From the NCBI GenBank assembly GCA_040753215.1, contig JBFMEZ010000014.1, forward strand, positions 1 to 24,301: a stretch of 24,301 nt of DNA, given 5' to 3'. A model generated the notes under the pieces. The model did no database searches, had not been told where the DNA came from, and was given only the letters and a program-made list of their open reading frames with translations. Within the stretch, counting starts at the first letter, position 1. Each line of letters starts with the position of its first letter. The DNA is from Candidatus Micrarchaeota archaeon. Its GTDB lineage: Archaea; Micrarchaeota; Micrarchaeia; Anstonellales; Bilamarchaeaceae. The position numbers and the translations under genes were made by a program. Positions 8,878-17,192 of this stretch are shown here, piece by piece.

Positions 8878-10161
8878 ATGGATGTTCTCATACAGGATGC
8901 GCTGGTTATCACCCAGAACAAAGGCCGCGAGGTGCTTCGCGGGGACATTCTTATAGAGGATGGCAAAATATCAAAAGTCGCGAAAAACATCCGCCCCGGA
9001 GCCGAAGAGAGGATAGACGCCTCCGGAAAGCTGGCATTCCCCGGCCTCGTCAACTGCCATACGCACATCCCCATGAGCCTCTTCCGCGGGTATGCGGAGG
9101 GCATGCCCCTGCACGAATGGCTGGAGAAGAAAATCTGGCCTGCGGAGGCGAAGCTGAAGCCGCACCACATCCGCGCAGGCTCCATGCTCAGCATCCTTGA
9201 GATGGTGCGCTCCGGCACAACCTGCTTCAATGAGATGTACATCGCCCACATGGATGAGGCGTGCAAAGCGGTGTTGGAGAGCGGGATGCGGGCGTCGGCA
9301 GGATTCTGCCTGTTCGACCTCGTGAAGGGCACGGATGCGAATGAAGAATTGAAAAAGGGGACCGCACTGGCCGAGAAATGGTCGGGCAAATCCCCTCTCT
9401 TAAAAATCTCCATGGCCCCGCATGCGCCATACACCTGCTCCGAAGAGCTGGTAAAACTTGCAAAGGAATATGCGCGGAAAAAGAGGCTGGGTTTCCACAT
9501 GCATGTTTCCGAAACGCGCAGAGAAGTCTTCGATTCCCTCCGGGAAAAGGGAAAGCGGCCAATCGAATACCTCCATTTCCTCGGAGTGCTGGATAGGGAT
9601 ACGGTGCTTGCGCACGGCGCGTGGGCAACGAGGAGGGAAACTGCGCTTGTTGGCTCTTCCGGGGCGACCGTAAGCTACAACCCCATCGCAAACCTCAAGC
9701 TCGCAACCGGCGGCATCTGCCCCGTCCGTGAATACCTTGAGGCGGACGCCAACGTATGCCTGGGGACCGACGGCACCGCGAGCAACAATTCCCACAACAT
9801 GGTGGAAACCATGAAATTCGCGCATCTCCTGCAGTCCCACCTCTACTGGGACCCGCTCCGCGTCTCCATACAGAATATATGGGATTTCGCAACCGTAAAC
9901 GGCGCTAAGGCGCTGGGCTTCAACTGCGGCAGCATAGAGGCGGGAAAAGAGGCGGACATAGCCCTCGCGGACCTCCATTCTGCAAACCTCGCCCCCCTGC
10001 ACGATGCCCGCAACCTCCTTTTCTCCTTCCATCCCGGAAACATAACTGACGTGCTCATCGCGGGAAAGCCAATCCTGCGCGAAGGGAAATTCATTTCGCT
10101 GGATGAAGGGAAGATAATCGAGGAGGCGCAGAAGCAAGCCGAAGACCTGGTGGGTGCTTGA
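8878..10161 (+). CDS. Amidohydrolase, MTA/SAH/5'-deoxyadenosine deaminase family (MtaD/DadD-like)
   Basis: PGLVNCHTH, WLEKKIWPAE, SGTTCFNEMY, APHAPYTC, HMHVSET, LKLATG, LGTDG, ATVNGAKALG; exact substrate not determinable. Confidence 0.9.
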   Translation: MDVLIQDALVITQNKGREVLRGDILIEDGKISKVAKNIRPGAEERIDASGKLAFPGLVNCHTHIPMSLFRGYAEGMPLHEWLEKKIWPAEAKLKPHHIRAGSMLSILEMVRSGTTCFNEMYIAHMDEACKAVLESGMRASAGFCLFDLVKGTDANEELKKGTALAEKWSGKSPLLKISMAPHAPYTCSEELVKLAKEYARKKRLGFHMHVSETRREVFDSLREKGKRPIEYLHFLGVLDRDTVLAHGAWATRRETALVGSSGATVSYNPIANLKLATGGICPVREYLEADANVCLGTDGTASNNSHNMVETMKFAHLLQSHLYWDPLRVSIQNIWDFATVNGAKALGFNCGSIEAGKEADIALADLHSANLAPLHDARNLLFSFHPGNITDVLIAGKPILREGKFISLDEGKIIEEAQKQAEDLVGA

Positions 10162-10913
10162 AGGAAAAAATAACCGAAGCAATGGTCGCAGGATGGTACA
10201 GGGATTTTCCGAACCCAAGGCTATCCTCCTCCCTCCGCATCCGCAGCCTCATAATCGTAGCCGAATCGGGGATGATTGCGGCAAAGGACGTGAAGGGTAG
10301 TGGAATCTCCTTCCTCAGGCCCTCGGATTTCGGGATTGACTGGAAGCTTTCAAAGGAGGCGCGGCTTCTCCATTCACCTTCCAAAGGCGTGGATTACATT
10401 TACCTTCTGGACCCGGGCTCCGGAAAAATAATACGGCTGGACCTCTATTTTGAGGGGGACTATTTCGGCTTCTATTCCAGGGACTACACCCTCCCATTTG
10501 CGCTCTCGAAGGCTTTCTGCGCCTCAGCCAGCGGGGAGAATCTTCTCGTGGTAGATTCCGGAAACAAAAAATACGCATTCATGAATGAAAAGGGCGAGCG
10601 CGTTTCCGCTTCCCTGGAAATAAGGGAATGCCTTGGGTGCGCCGTGCTCGGCCCGGAAGGCGGAATCGCCTGCGATGAGGGGAGGTTATTCACGTTCCTG
10701 GGCGGGAGGAGGGCCGAGATAAGCCTCGATGAAATCACGGAACAGAAGTTCCGCAGCCCCATTTTCGGCATGGGCCGCTCAAAAAACTACTCCTGGGCTG
10801 CGGTAAAGGATAAGGAGTGGGATTTCTCAATCCTCATCTGCGTAAGCGGAGAGGAATGCTTCTCCTATACGAGATTTCCGGTAATTGCGCTTAAGGGAAG
10901 GGCCCCATTGTGA
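10158..10913 (+). CDS. Hypothetical beta-rich protein, possibly NHL/beta-propeller-like
   Basis: TTG start overlaps the upstream stop (TTGA); IYLLDPGSGKII and LLVVDSGNKKY resemble NHL-type blades. Confidence 0.6.
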   Translation: MKEKITEAMVAGWYRDFPNPRLSSSLRIRSLIIVAESGMIAAKDVKGSGISFLRPSDFGIDWKLSKEARLLHSPSKGVDYIYLLDPGSGKIIRLDLYFEGDYFGFYSRDYTLPFALSKAFCASASGENLLVVDSGNKKYAFMNEKGERVSASLEIRECLGCAVLGPEGGIACDEGRLFTFLGGRRAEISLDEITEQKFRSPIFGMGRSKNYSWAAVKDKEWDFSILICVSGEECFSYTRFPVIALKGRAPL

Positions 10914-10945
10914 GTTGCCGGTTTTCAGTCCCCAGTCTCCGGAAA
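10911..10945. repeat. Imperfect 7-nt tandem repeat between convergent genes
   Basis: tgagttg ccggttt tcagtcc ccagtct ccggaaa. Confidence 0.55.
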
Positions 10946-10949
10946 ATGC

Positions 10950-12239
10950 CTACGGATGTACCCTGCTCCTGTCCCTCGGAAACATCATGCATTCCCTTAT
11001 GTTGTCCCTGTTCGCGACCTTCATCGTGAGCCTCTCCAGCCCTATGCTCCAGCCCGCATGCGGCGGCGCGCCGACCCTGAACGCATCTATGTAGAAATCG
11101 AAGTTGCGCGGGTTGAGCCCCCTCTTCTCCAGCTGCTGCTCAAGCAGCCCCGGAATGTGGATTCTCTGCGCGCCGGAGGCGATTTCCAGCCCCTTGTAGA
11201 GAAGGTCATACGCCTTGCAGACCCTCTCATCCCCTTCCTTTGGCATGGAGTAGAATGCCCGCACGTTCGTGGGCCAGTCGTGTATGATGAACAAATCCTC
11301 CTGCAATATCTCCCCGAGTTTCTTCTCCGCCTCCTTGCTGAAGTCCTCGCCCCACTCCATCCTGAAATTGTTTTCGCCCAGCAAATCCACCAGTTCGGTA
11401 TAAGTGTGCCGCGGCACTTCCTTTGGCGCCTCAAATTCCGGGTTCAGGAGCGCAAGCTCATCCTTCATCTTCTCCGCATTCCCGAGTATGTGCAGGGAAA
11501 TGTCCGAGAGCACATCCATCGCATCATTATCATCCGCAAACCCCATCTCTATATCCATCTGTATCACTTCATTCAAATGGGTGGTGGTGTGGTGCTTCTC
11601 CGCCCTGAATACGGGAGAGGTTATGAACACCTTGTCCAGCCCGCCCACAACCGCCATCTGCTTGTACAACTGCGGACTCTGCGCAAGGAATACCTTCTGC
11701 TCAAAATATTCCACCGCAAATACTTCAGTCCCTCCTTCCGTGGCCGCGGCAACAATGGATGTAGGATGAATCTCCACGAACCCGAGCTGGATGCATCTCT
11801 CCCTGAAGCTCCGCACGAGCTCGGATTTGAGGTTGAATATGGCATTCACATCCCTCTTCCTCAAATCCAGGTGCCTGTGGTTCAGCCGCACGTCCAGCTC
11901 GCTTGGCACGAGCCCCGTGGGGTCCACGGGCAGCTTCCTCTCCACTTTCGCAAGCACATCCACCCTTGAGGGGGATATCTCCACCCCGTCCGGGGCAATC
12001 TTGTTCTCCTTTACCATTCCGGTGACGCTTATCACGTCCTCCCTGTTCCTCTTCATCGCTTCCATCACTTCGTCGGGAGCCGCCCCCTTCTTCGCGGTTA
12101 CCTGCACTATTCCGGTTCGGTCCCTTAGCTGTATGAATATGAGCTTCCCGAGGTCCCTTATTTCGTGCACCCAGCCTGCAACCTGCACTTCCTTTCCAAT
12201 GTTCTTTTTTGCGTCCCTTATGTAATGCGTCCTGAGCAT
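10950..12239 (-). CDS. aspS: Aspartyl-tRNA synthetase, archaeal type, probably non-discriminating Asp/Asn
   Basis: MLRTHY, AGWVHEIRDLG, ATEGG, LAQSPQLYKQ, motif 2 FRAE, EIASGAQRIH, GAPPHAGWSIGLER, FPRD. Confidence 0.96.
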   Translation of the reverse strand: MLRTHYIRDAKKNIGKEVQVAGWVHEIRDLGKLIFIQLRDRTGIVQVTAKKGAAPDEVMEAMKRNREDVISVTGMVKENKIAPDGVEISPSRVDVLAKVERKLPVDPTGLVPSELDVRLNHRHLDLRKRDVNAIFNLKSELVRSFRERCIQLGFVEIHPTSIVAAATEGGTEVFAVEYFEQKVFLAQSPQLYKQMAVVGGLDKVFITSPVFRAEKHHTTTHLNEVIQMDIEMGFADDNDAMDVLSDISLHILGNAEKMKDELALLNPEFEAPKEVPRHTYTELVDLLGENNFRMEWGEDFSKEAEKKLGEILQEDLFIIHDWPTNVRAFYSMPKEGDERVCKAYDLLYKGLEIASGAQRIHIPGLLEQQLEKRGLNPRNFDFYIDAFRVGAPPHAGWSIGLERLTMKVANRDNIRECMMFPRDRSRVHP

Positions 12240-12276
12240 CCCTTCACCGCACATCAACCAAAGAAAATGAAAATAA

Positions 12277-12555
12277 TTACTTTGCGAGCGTTATCTCCAT
12301 GGCGGAGACCTTGCTCTTGCTCCCGTCTTCGGATGCCAGCTCTTCCGTCTTTATGTCGATGTTCGCAACCTTGACACCCGGCACGAAGCGGTTCCTCACT
12401 ATCTCCGCGACATCCACTGCCCGGGATATGAGCTTGCCCCTCGCCTTTACGACCACTGAGGGCGCGCCGTTGTTGAACTGCGTCACAACCGCGAGCACGT
12501 AGCTCATTACCCCCTTCTTCCCCACGTAAATTGTGTTTTCAGGCCTTTCATCCAT
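12277..12555 (-). CDS. albA: DNA/RNA-binding protein Alba
   Basis: [38 protein letters not shown] aggtgg upstream of the ATG. Confidence 0.96.
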   Translation of the reverse strand: MDERPENTIYVGKKGVMSYVLAVVTQFNNGAPSVVVKARGKLISRAVDVAEIVRNRFVPGVKVANIDIKTEELASEDGSKSKVSAMEITLAK

Positions 12556-12631
12556 AGGTTCCACCTGTTTTCTGCCGTCACTGTGGGAGAACTGCAATTG
12601 CGCCCTCCCCCTCTCCAATTTGGAAGAATAC

Positions 12632-12642
12632 TTTTATATAAA
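12632..12642. promoter_or_regulatory. TATA element in the divergent albA / ABCE1 spacer
   Basis: TTTTATATAAA, 32 nt upstream of the ABCE1 ATG. Confidence 0.55.
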
Positions 12643-12674
12643 TTCGCCTAGCCTAATTAACCTGCTGAATAGTT

Positions 12675-14429
12675 ATGCCAACACGCGTAGCCATTCTCGA
12701 TAGAGAATTATGCATCCGGGAGAAATGCCCTTACCAGTGCATAAAGGTCTGCCCCCCCAACCGGATGGGCGACGAATGCATCACGGTAGAGGAATCCACG
12801 CAATTCCCTGTGATTGCCGAGCCCCTCTGCATCGGCTGCGCATTATGTGTGAAAAAGTGCCCGGTCGATTGCATCACAATCATAAACCTCGCCGGGGAAG
12901 AAGGCAAGCCAATATACCAGTATGGCATAAACCAGTTCCGGCTCTATAATTTCCCGCTCCCTGCGGAGGGAGTATGCGGGATAGTCGGCAGGAACGGGAT
13001 AGGGAAAACAACCGCGCTCGGAATCCTTTCCGGGAAAATAATCCCCAATTTCGCCGAATTCAGGGAGCATAAATGGGAAGAAATCCTCCCCCGGCTCTCC
13101 ATTTCCCAGCGACGCTATTTTGAGGCTGCGGGAGCCAGACAGAAAGTAAGCATGAAGGTCCAGAACGTGGAGCAGATTAGGAAGGCGGCTGCGCGGAGCA
13201 CCGTGGATTCCCTCCTTTCCAGGATGGATGAGCGGAATGCGAAAGCGGAGATTGTGGAAAGATTCGGGCTCAGCCCTGTTCTGAAAAGAAAAATCACGCA
13301 ACTGAGCGGTGGGGAATTGCAGAAGGTCGCGCTTGCAGCCGCACTCCTTAGGGATGCGGGCATCTACTATCTCGACGAGCCGAGCAACTACCTTGACATA
13401 GAAGAACGGCTCAAATCCGCCCTCATCCTCCGGGAATTCGGCGAAGGGAGAAAACTGATGGTTGTGGAGCACGACCTTGCAATCCTGGATTACATGAGCG
13501 ATTACGTATTCATCTTCTACGGGGAGGAGAACGCATACGGCACCTGTTCCGGGATAAAGCCGGTCCGGAACGGAATAAACGAATACCTTGCCGGCTTCCT
13601 GAAGGAGGAGAACATAAAATTCCGGGACAGGGAAATAGTAATCTCCGGCTTCAGCGAGCGGGAGCGGAAGGGGAAGCCAAAGGTATCCTATCCTTCCTTG
13701 AAAAAGAAGCTGGGGGATTTCTCGCTCTCTTCTGAAGAGGGCGGCATACTCGAGGGCGAAATAGTAGGGATAGTCGGCAAGAACGCCGTCGGCAAAACCA
13801 CGTTCATAAAGCTGCTCGCCGGCGTGGAGAAGCCGGATGAAGGAGAAGGCCTCCCCGGGCTCAGGATATCCTACAAGCCGCAATACATAGAGCCGAAAGA
13901 GGGCGTATCCGTGGAAGGGCTTTTCTCCTCCGGGGAGATAGACGCCTTCGTATCGGAAAAGGCGCGCCGCGAGCTCGGCATAACCAGGCTGATGGACAAG
14001 CCGCTCACCTCCCTGAGCGGGGGGGAGCTCCAGCGCGTCTCAATCGCCTATGCGCTTTCCCAGAAGGCGGACTTGTTCCTTTTCGATGAGCCGACCGCCT
14101 TCCTGGACATAGAGCAGAGATTAAGGTTCTCCGACCTCCTGCGCTCGGTCATAGGCGAGGGCAGGAAGAGCGCATTCGTGGTGGACCACGACGTGGTGTT
14201 CATAGACGCGATAGCCAACCGCCTGATTGTGTTCGGCGGCGAGAGCTCCGTCCGCGGCCATGCGTCCGCGCCCTACAACAAGGCTGATGGCATGAATGCC
14301 TTCCTCTCCATGGCGAACATCACGATGAGGAGGGACAGGGATTCCGGGAGGCCGAGGATAAACAAGCCCGAAAGCGCCCTGGACAGGGAGCAGAGAAGCT
14401 CTGGCAGTTTCTACGCGAGGGGGGCTTAG
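12675..14429 (+). CDS. Ribosome recycling ATPase ABCE1 (RLI)
   Basis: N-terminal two [4Fe-4S] domain (CIREKCPYQCIKVCP; CIGCALCVKKCP), two ABC domains (GRNGIGKT and GKNAVGKT, LSGGELQ twice, DEP), C-terminal GRPRINK. Confidence 0.96.
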   Translation: MPTRVAILDRELCIREKCPYQCIKVCPPNRMGDECITVEESTQFPVIAEPLCIGCALCVKKCPVDCITIINLAGEEGKPIYQYGINQFRLYNFPLPAEGVCGIVGRNGIGKTTALGILSGKIIPNFAEFREHKWEEILPRLSISQRRYFEAAGARQKVSMKVQNVEQIRKAAARSTVDSLLSRMDERNAKAEIVERFGLSPVLKRKITQLSGGELQKVALAAALLRDAGIYYLDEPSNYLDIEERLKSALILREFGEGRKLMVVEHDLAILDYMSDYVFIFYGEENAYGTCSGIKPVRNGINEYLAGFLKEENIKFRDREIVISGFSERERKGKPKVSYPSLKKKLGDFSLSSEEGGILEGEIVGIVGKNAVGKTTFIKLLAGVEKPDEGEGLPGLRISYKPQYIEPKEGVSVEGLFSSGEIDAFVSEKARRELGITRLMDKPLTSLSGGELQRVSIAYALSQKADLFLFDEPTAFLDIEQRLRFSDLLRSVIGEGRKSAFVVDHDVVFIDAIANRLIVFGGESSVRGHASAPYNKADGMNAFLSMANITMRRDRDSGRPRINKPESALDREQRSSGSFYARGA

Positions 14430-14998
14430 GCCCTTGCTATGCTCTCTATCTCCCCATCCTTTGCAATCTCCACGTCATACCCGTAGCCCGCGGCCGCGCT
14501 CCTCCAGGAAACGGCCCATCCATCCTCCTGTTCCACAACCGCCGGCATGGCGTCCGCATACCTTGTTATGTATGCATGCACAGCTGCAGCCCCCGAATTA
14601 GTATGCGAAGCGATTATCGCCTCCTCCGGGAATGCGATTACGCACCCGTTCCCTTCGCAAACCGAGCATCCGATGGTAATCCTCTCTGGCGGCTCGGGCA
14701 CGAAGTTCTGCTCCGGGTAATAATAAGTGTAATGGGTCCTCTTGGGGCACGGGGTGTCCAGCCCCTCGCTAACCCTCGCCTTTATCGCGTAGTAGCTGCC
14801 CCCATCCGGGTTCGCCCTCGTTTCCCAGAAGAATATCTCCACGACATCGGCATCCGGGTTGTTCGCCCGCAGGTCCTCCAGCACGTAGGCCCTCGCATCT
14901 TCCGAGAGCACCCTTGTCTCGTAGAATTTCATGCCTCCGGCTATGAGCACCACAAGCACGGCGAGTGCCGCTATATATACGACCAGCCTGCTCTGCAT
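14426..14998 (-). CDS. Membrane-anchored or secreted hypothetical protein
   Basis: N-terminal hydrophobic helix LVVYIAALAVLVVLIAGG; four Cys (TPCP, CSVCEGNGC); SD-like ggtggggga upstream. Confidence 0.75.
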   Translation of the reverse strand: MQSRLVVYIAALAVLVVLIAGGMKFYETRVLSEDARAYVLEDLRANNPDADVVEIFFWETRANPDGGSYYAIKARVSEGLDTPCPKRTHYTYYYPEQNFVPEPPERITIGCSVCEGNGCVIAFPEEAIIASHTNSGAAAVHAYITRYADAMPAVVEQEDGWAVSWRSAAAGYGYDVEIAKDGEIESIARA

Positions 14999-15059
14999 TC
15001 TTCCCCCACCCTGATTTGGATGGAAAACCTTAAATATCAATTCAGCGGCATGATTAAAT

Positions 15060-15578
15060 ATGGATTTTCAGGGAACACGGATGTGGCGGCTCGCGGTGGC
15101 GGCTTCGCTCGCATTCCTTGTCCTTGCGGTACTGGCCGAACTCCTGTTCATGGACTGGCTAGCCCAGCACGTCTCCGTGCAGGCAATCGAATACCTGACG
15201 CTGTTCTTCACATTCATCCTGATGTGCGACATATATCTCTCGTTCCTGAAAGCCGCAGACAAGAAGGCATTCCTGAAGAAGAACGCGCTGAAGATACTCA
15301 TCCTCCTGCCCTGGGGCACCATATTCCGTGCGCTTTCCTTCCTGCGGCTTGAGGGCATGTTTGCAGAGGTCCCGATCCTCGCGGACCTGCTTGCGGCGGA
15401 GAAGCCCGGCGCCGCAGGAAAAACAGTCCTGATTGCTGAAAAGACAAAAAGGCTGCCGACCTCTGAACTCATCTTGATACGTCCGCCTCAAGAAACAAGT
15501 CCCTCCCCACCTTCCTCACCCTCATATTTGCAAGCGGCAGCGCTTCCTTTATCTTTTCTATCCCCTTTCCACCTATAA
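15060..15578 (+). CDS. Small membrane protein resembling an isolated voltage-sensor (S1-S4) domain
   Basis: S1 ending in LAE, S2 IEYLTLFFTFILMCDIYLSF, linker AADKKAFLKKN, S3 ILILLP, S4 IFRALSFLRL; CTTAAATA 23 nt upstream; 3' end overlaps ribD by 110 nt. Confidence 0.65.
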   Translation: MDFQGTRMWRLAVAASLAFLVLAVLAELLFMDWLAQHVSVQAIEYLTLFFTFILMCDIYLSFLKAADKKAFLKKNALKILILLPWGTIFRALSFLRLEGMFAEVPILADLLAAEKPGAAGKTVLIAEKTKRLPTSELILIRPPQETSPSPPSSPSYLQAAALPLSFLSPFHL

Positions 15579-16560
15579 CGCCCTTGGCATCCCGCCCGCC
15601 TATTACCCTGGGCGCTATGAAGAGATAGAGCTTATCCACGATGCCCGCTTCCAGGGCATTCGCATTCAGCTCGCTTCCGCCCTCAATCATTATCTTTTTC
15701 ATCCCCATTGCGCCCAGCCCGAGGAGCAGCCGCCGCATGTCGACCATCGCCTTTCCGCAGCAGAAGACGCCCACGCCCCGGCGCCTAAGCTTCCTTATTT
15801 TGTTTTCCGGTGCCCTCCCGCACACCGCAACTATGGTTTTCCCGTCCGGATTCCTGAGCACATCCGCATCCAGGGGGATGCGCAGCCGCCCGTCCACAAT
15901 CACCCGGTACGGGTTGCGCCCAATTCCGTGCGAGGTGAGGCGCGGGTCGTCCTTAGCCACCGTTCCTGCGCCCACCATCACCGCATCGAAGCGGGAGCGC
16001 ATGCGGTGCACCAGCCCGCGGGAGCTCCTGCCGCTTATCCATTTCGAGTCGCCTGTTTTTGTCGCTGTTTTGCCGTCGGCGCTCATCGCCATCTTCATCG
16101 CAACGAGCGGCCTCTTCAGGATGTTCCTCGTGTATTTTTTGTTTATTGCGGCCGCCCTTTCTTCATCCACAGGCCCGGTTACCTCCACGCCCGCTTCCTC
16201 CAGCTCTGCCTTCCCGCACACAAGCGGGTTGGGGTCCTTCATCGCAAAAACAACGCGCTTAATCCCGTTGGCGATTATCGCGCTGGTGCACGGCGGCGTG
16301 CGCTTTATTGTGTGCGAGCACGGCTCCAGCGTCACATACAGCGTCGCGCCCCTCGCCGCATTGTGCCCCGCCCTGCGTTTAGCATCCCCAATCGCCTCCA
16401 TCTCCGCGTGCGGCATCCCCGGCTTCCTGTGGTACCCTGTCCCCAGTATCCTCTCCCCTTTCACCAGCACGGCCCCCACCCTGGGGTTTGGGAAGGGGTC
16501 TGCCTTCTGCGCAAGCTTGAGCGCGAGCCGCATGTATGCATCTTCTTCTCCCATAGCCAT
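15469..16560 (-). CDS. ribD: Bifunctional pyrimidine deaminase/reductase RibD, bacterial type
   Basis: PNPRVGAV, HAE, TLEPCSH...PPC zinc motif, DPNP, KMAMSADGK, SKWIS, MVGAGTV, DDPRL, IEGG. Confidence 0.95.
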   Translation of the reverse strand: MAMGEEDAYMRLALKLAQKADPFPNPRVGAVLVKGERILGTGYHRKPGMPHAEMEAIGDAKRRAGHNAARGATLYVTLEPCSHTIKRTPPCTSAIIANGIKRVVFAMKDPNPLVCGKAELEEAGVEVTGPVDEERAAAINKKYTRNILKRPLVAMKMAMSADGKTATKTGDSKWISGRSSRGLVHRMRSRFDAVMVGAGTVAKDDPRLTSHGIGRNPYRVIVDGRLRIPLDADVLRNPDGKTIVAVCGRAPENKIRKLRRRGVGVFCCGKAMVDMRRLLLGLGAMGMKKIMIEGGSELNANALEAGIVDKLYLFIAPRVIGGRDAKGVIGGKGIEKIKEALPLANMRVRKVGRDLFLEADVSR

Positions 16561-16572
16561 CCCGCCGTGCGG

Positions 16573-17181
16573 TCATAAGAGGTGTTCCATCCGCCTTCTT
16601 TTGGTCTCGAGGTACGCGCGGTCGTACCTGTCCGGTTTTGTGGCCAGCGGTATCCTCTCCACCACGTTTATCCCGTGCTTCTCCAGGCCCTCAATCTTCT
16701 TCGGGTTGTTTGTGAGCAGGGCGACGTCCTTAACCCCCAAGTGGCTGAGTATGCGCGCGGCGGCGGAATAGTCGCGCAAATCCTCGCCGAACCCGAGATG
16801 TATGTTCGCCTCCACGGTGTCCATCCCCCCGTCCTGCAGCGCGTATGCCCTTATCTTATTCGAAAGCCCTATGCCCCGCCCTTCCTGGTCAAGGTATATG
16901 AAAATCCCCCCCTTCCTCTTTCCGATGTATTCAAGAGCCGCCTCGAGCTGGCCCCTGCAATCGCACCTTCTGGATGCGAGCGTATCCCCGGTGAGGCATT
17001 TCGAATGGATGCGCACCGGCACGGGCTTTCCGCCCCCCGCTCCCGGTTTCCGGTTTCCTGCCGGAGAACCGCCGGCGGCTACGAGGGCGATGTGCTCCCC
17101 GCCATCGCCATCCCTGAATGCATGCACCCTGAACTTCCCGTATCTTGTGGGCAGGGAAGCTTCGGCGACTTTCTCAAGCAT
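16573..17181 (-). CDS. ribA: GTP cyclohydrolase II
   Basis: LPTRYGKF, EHIALV, RIHSKCLTGD, RCDC, QEGRGIGL, KIRAYALQD, DTVEAN, DLRDY, LLTNNPKK, YLETK; alternative start 17196 (ATGA overlap). Confidence 0.95.
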   Translation of the reverse strand: MLEKVAEASLPTRYGKFRVHAFRDGDGGEHIALVAAGGSPAGNRKPGAGGGKPVPVRIHSKCLTGDTLASRRCDCRGQLEAALEYIGKRKGGIFIYLDQEGRGIGLSNKIRAYALQDGGMDTVEANIHLGFGEDLRDYSAAARILSHLGVKDVALLTNNPKKIEGLEKHGINVVERIPLATKPDRYDRAYLETKRRRMEHLL

Positions 17182-17192
17182 CCGTCCCCCTC

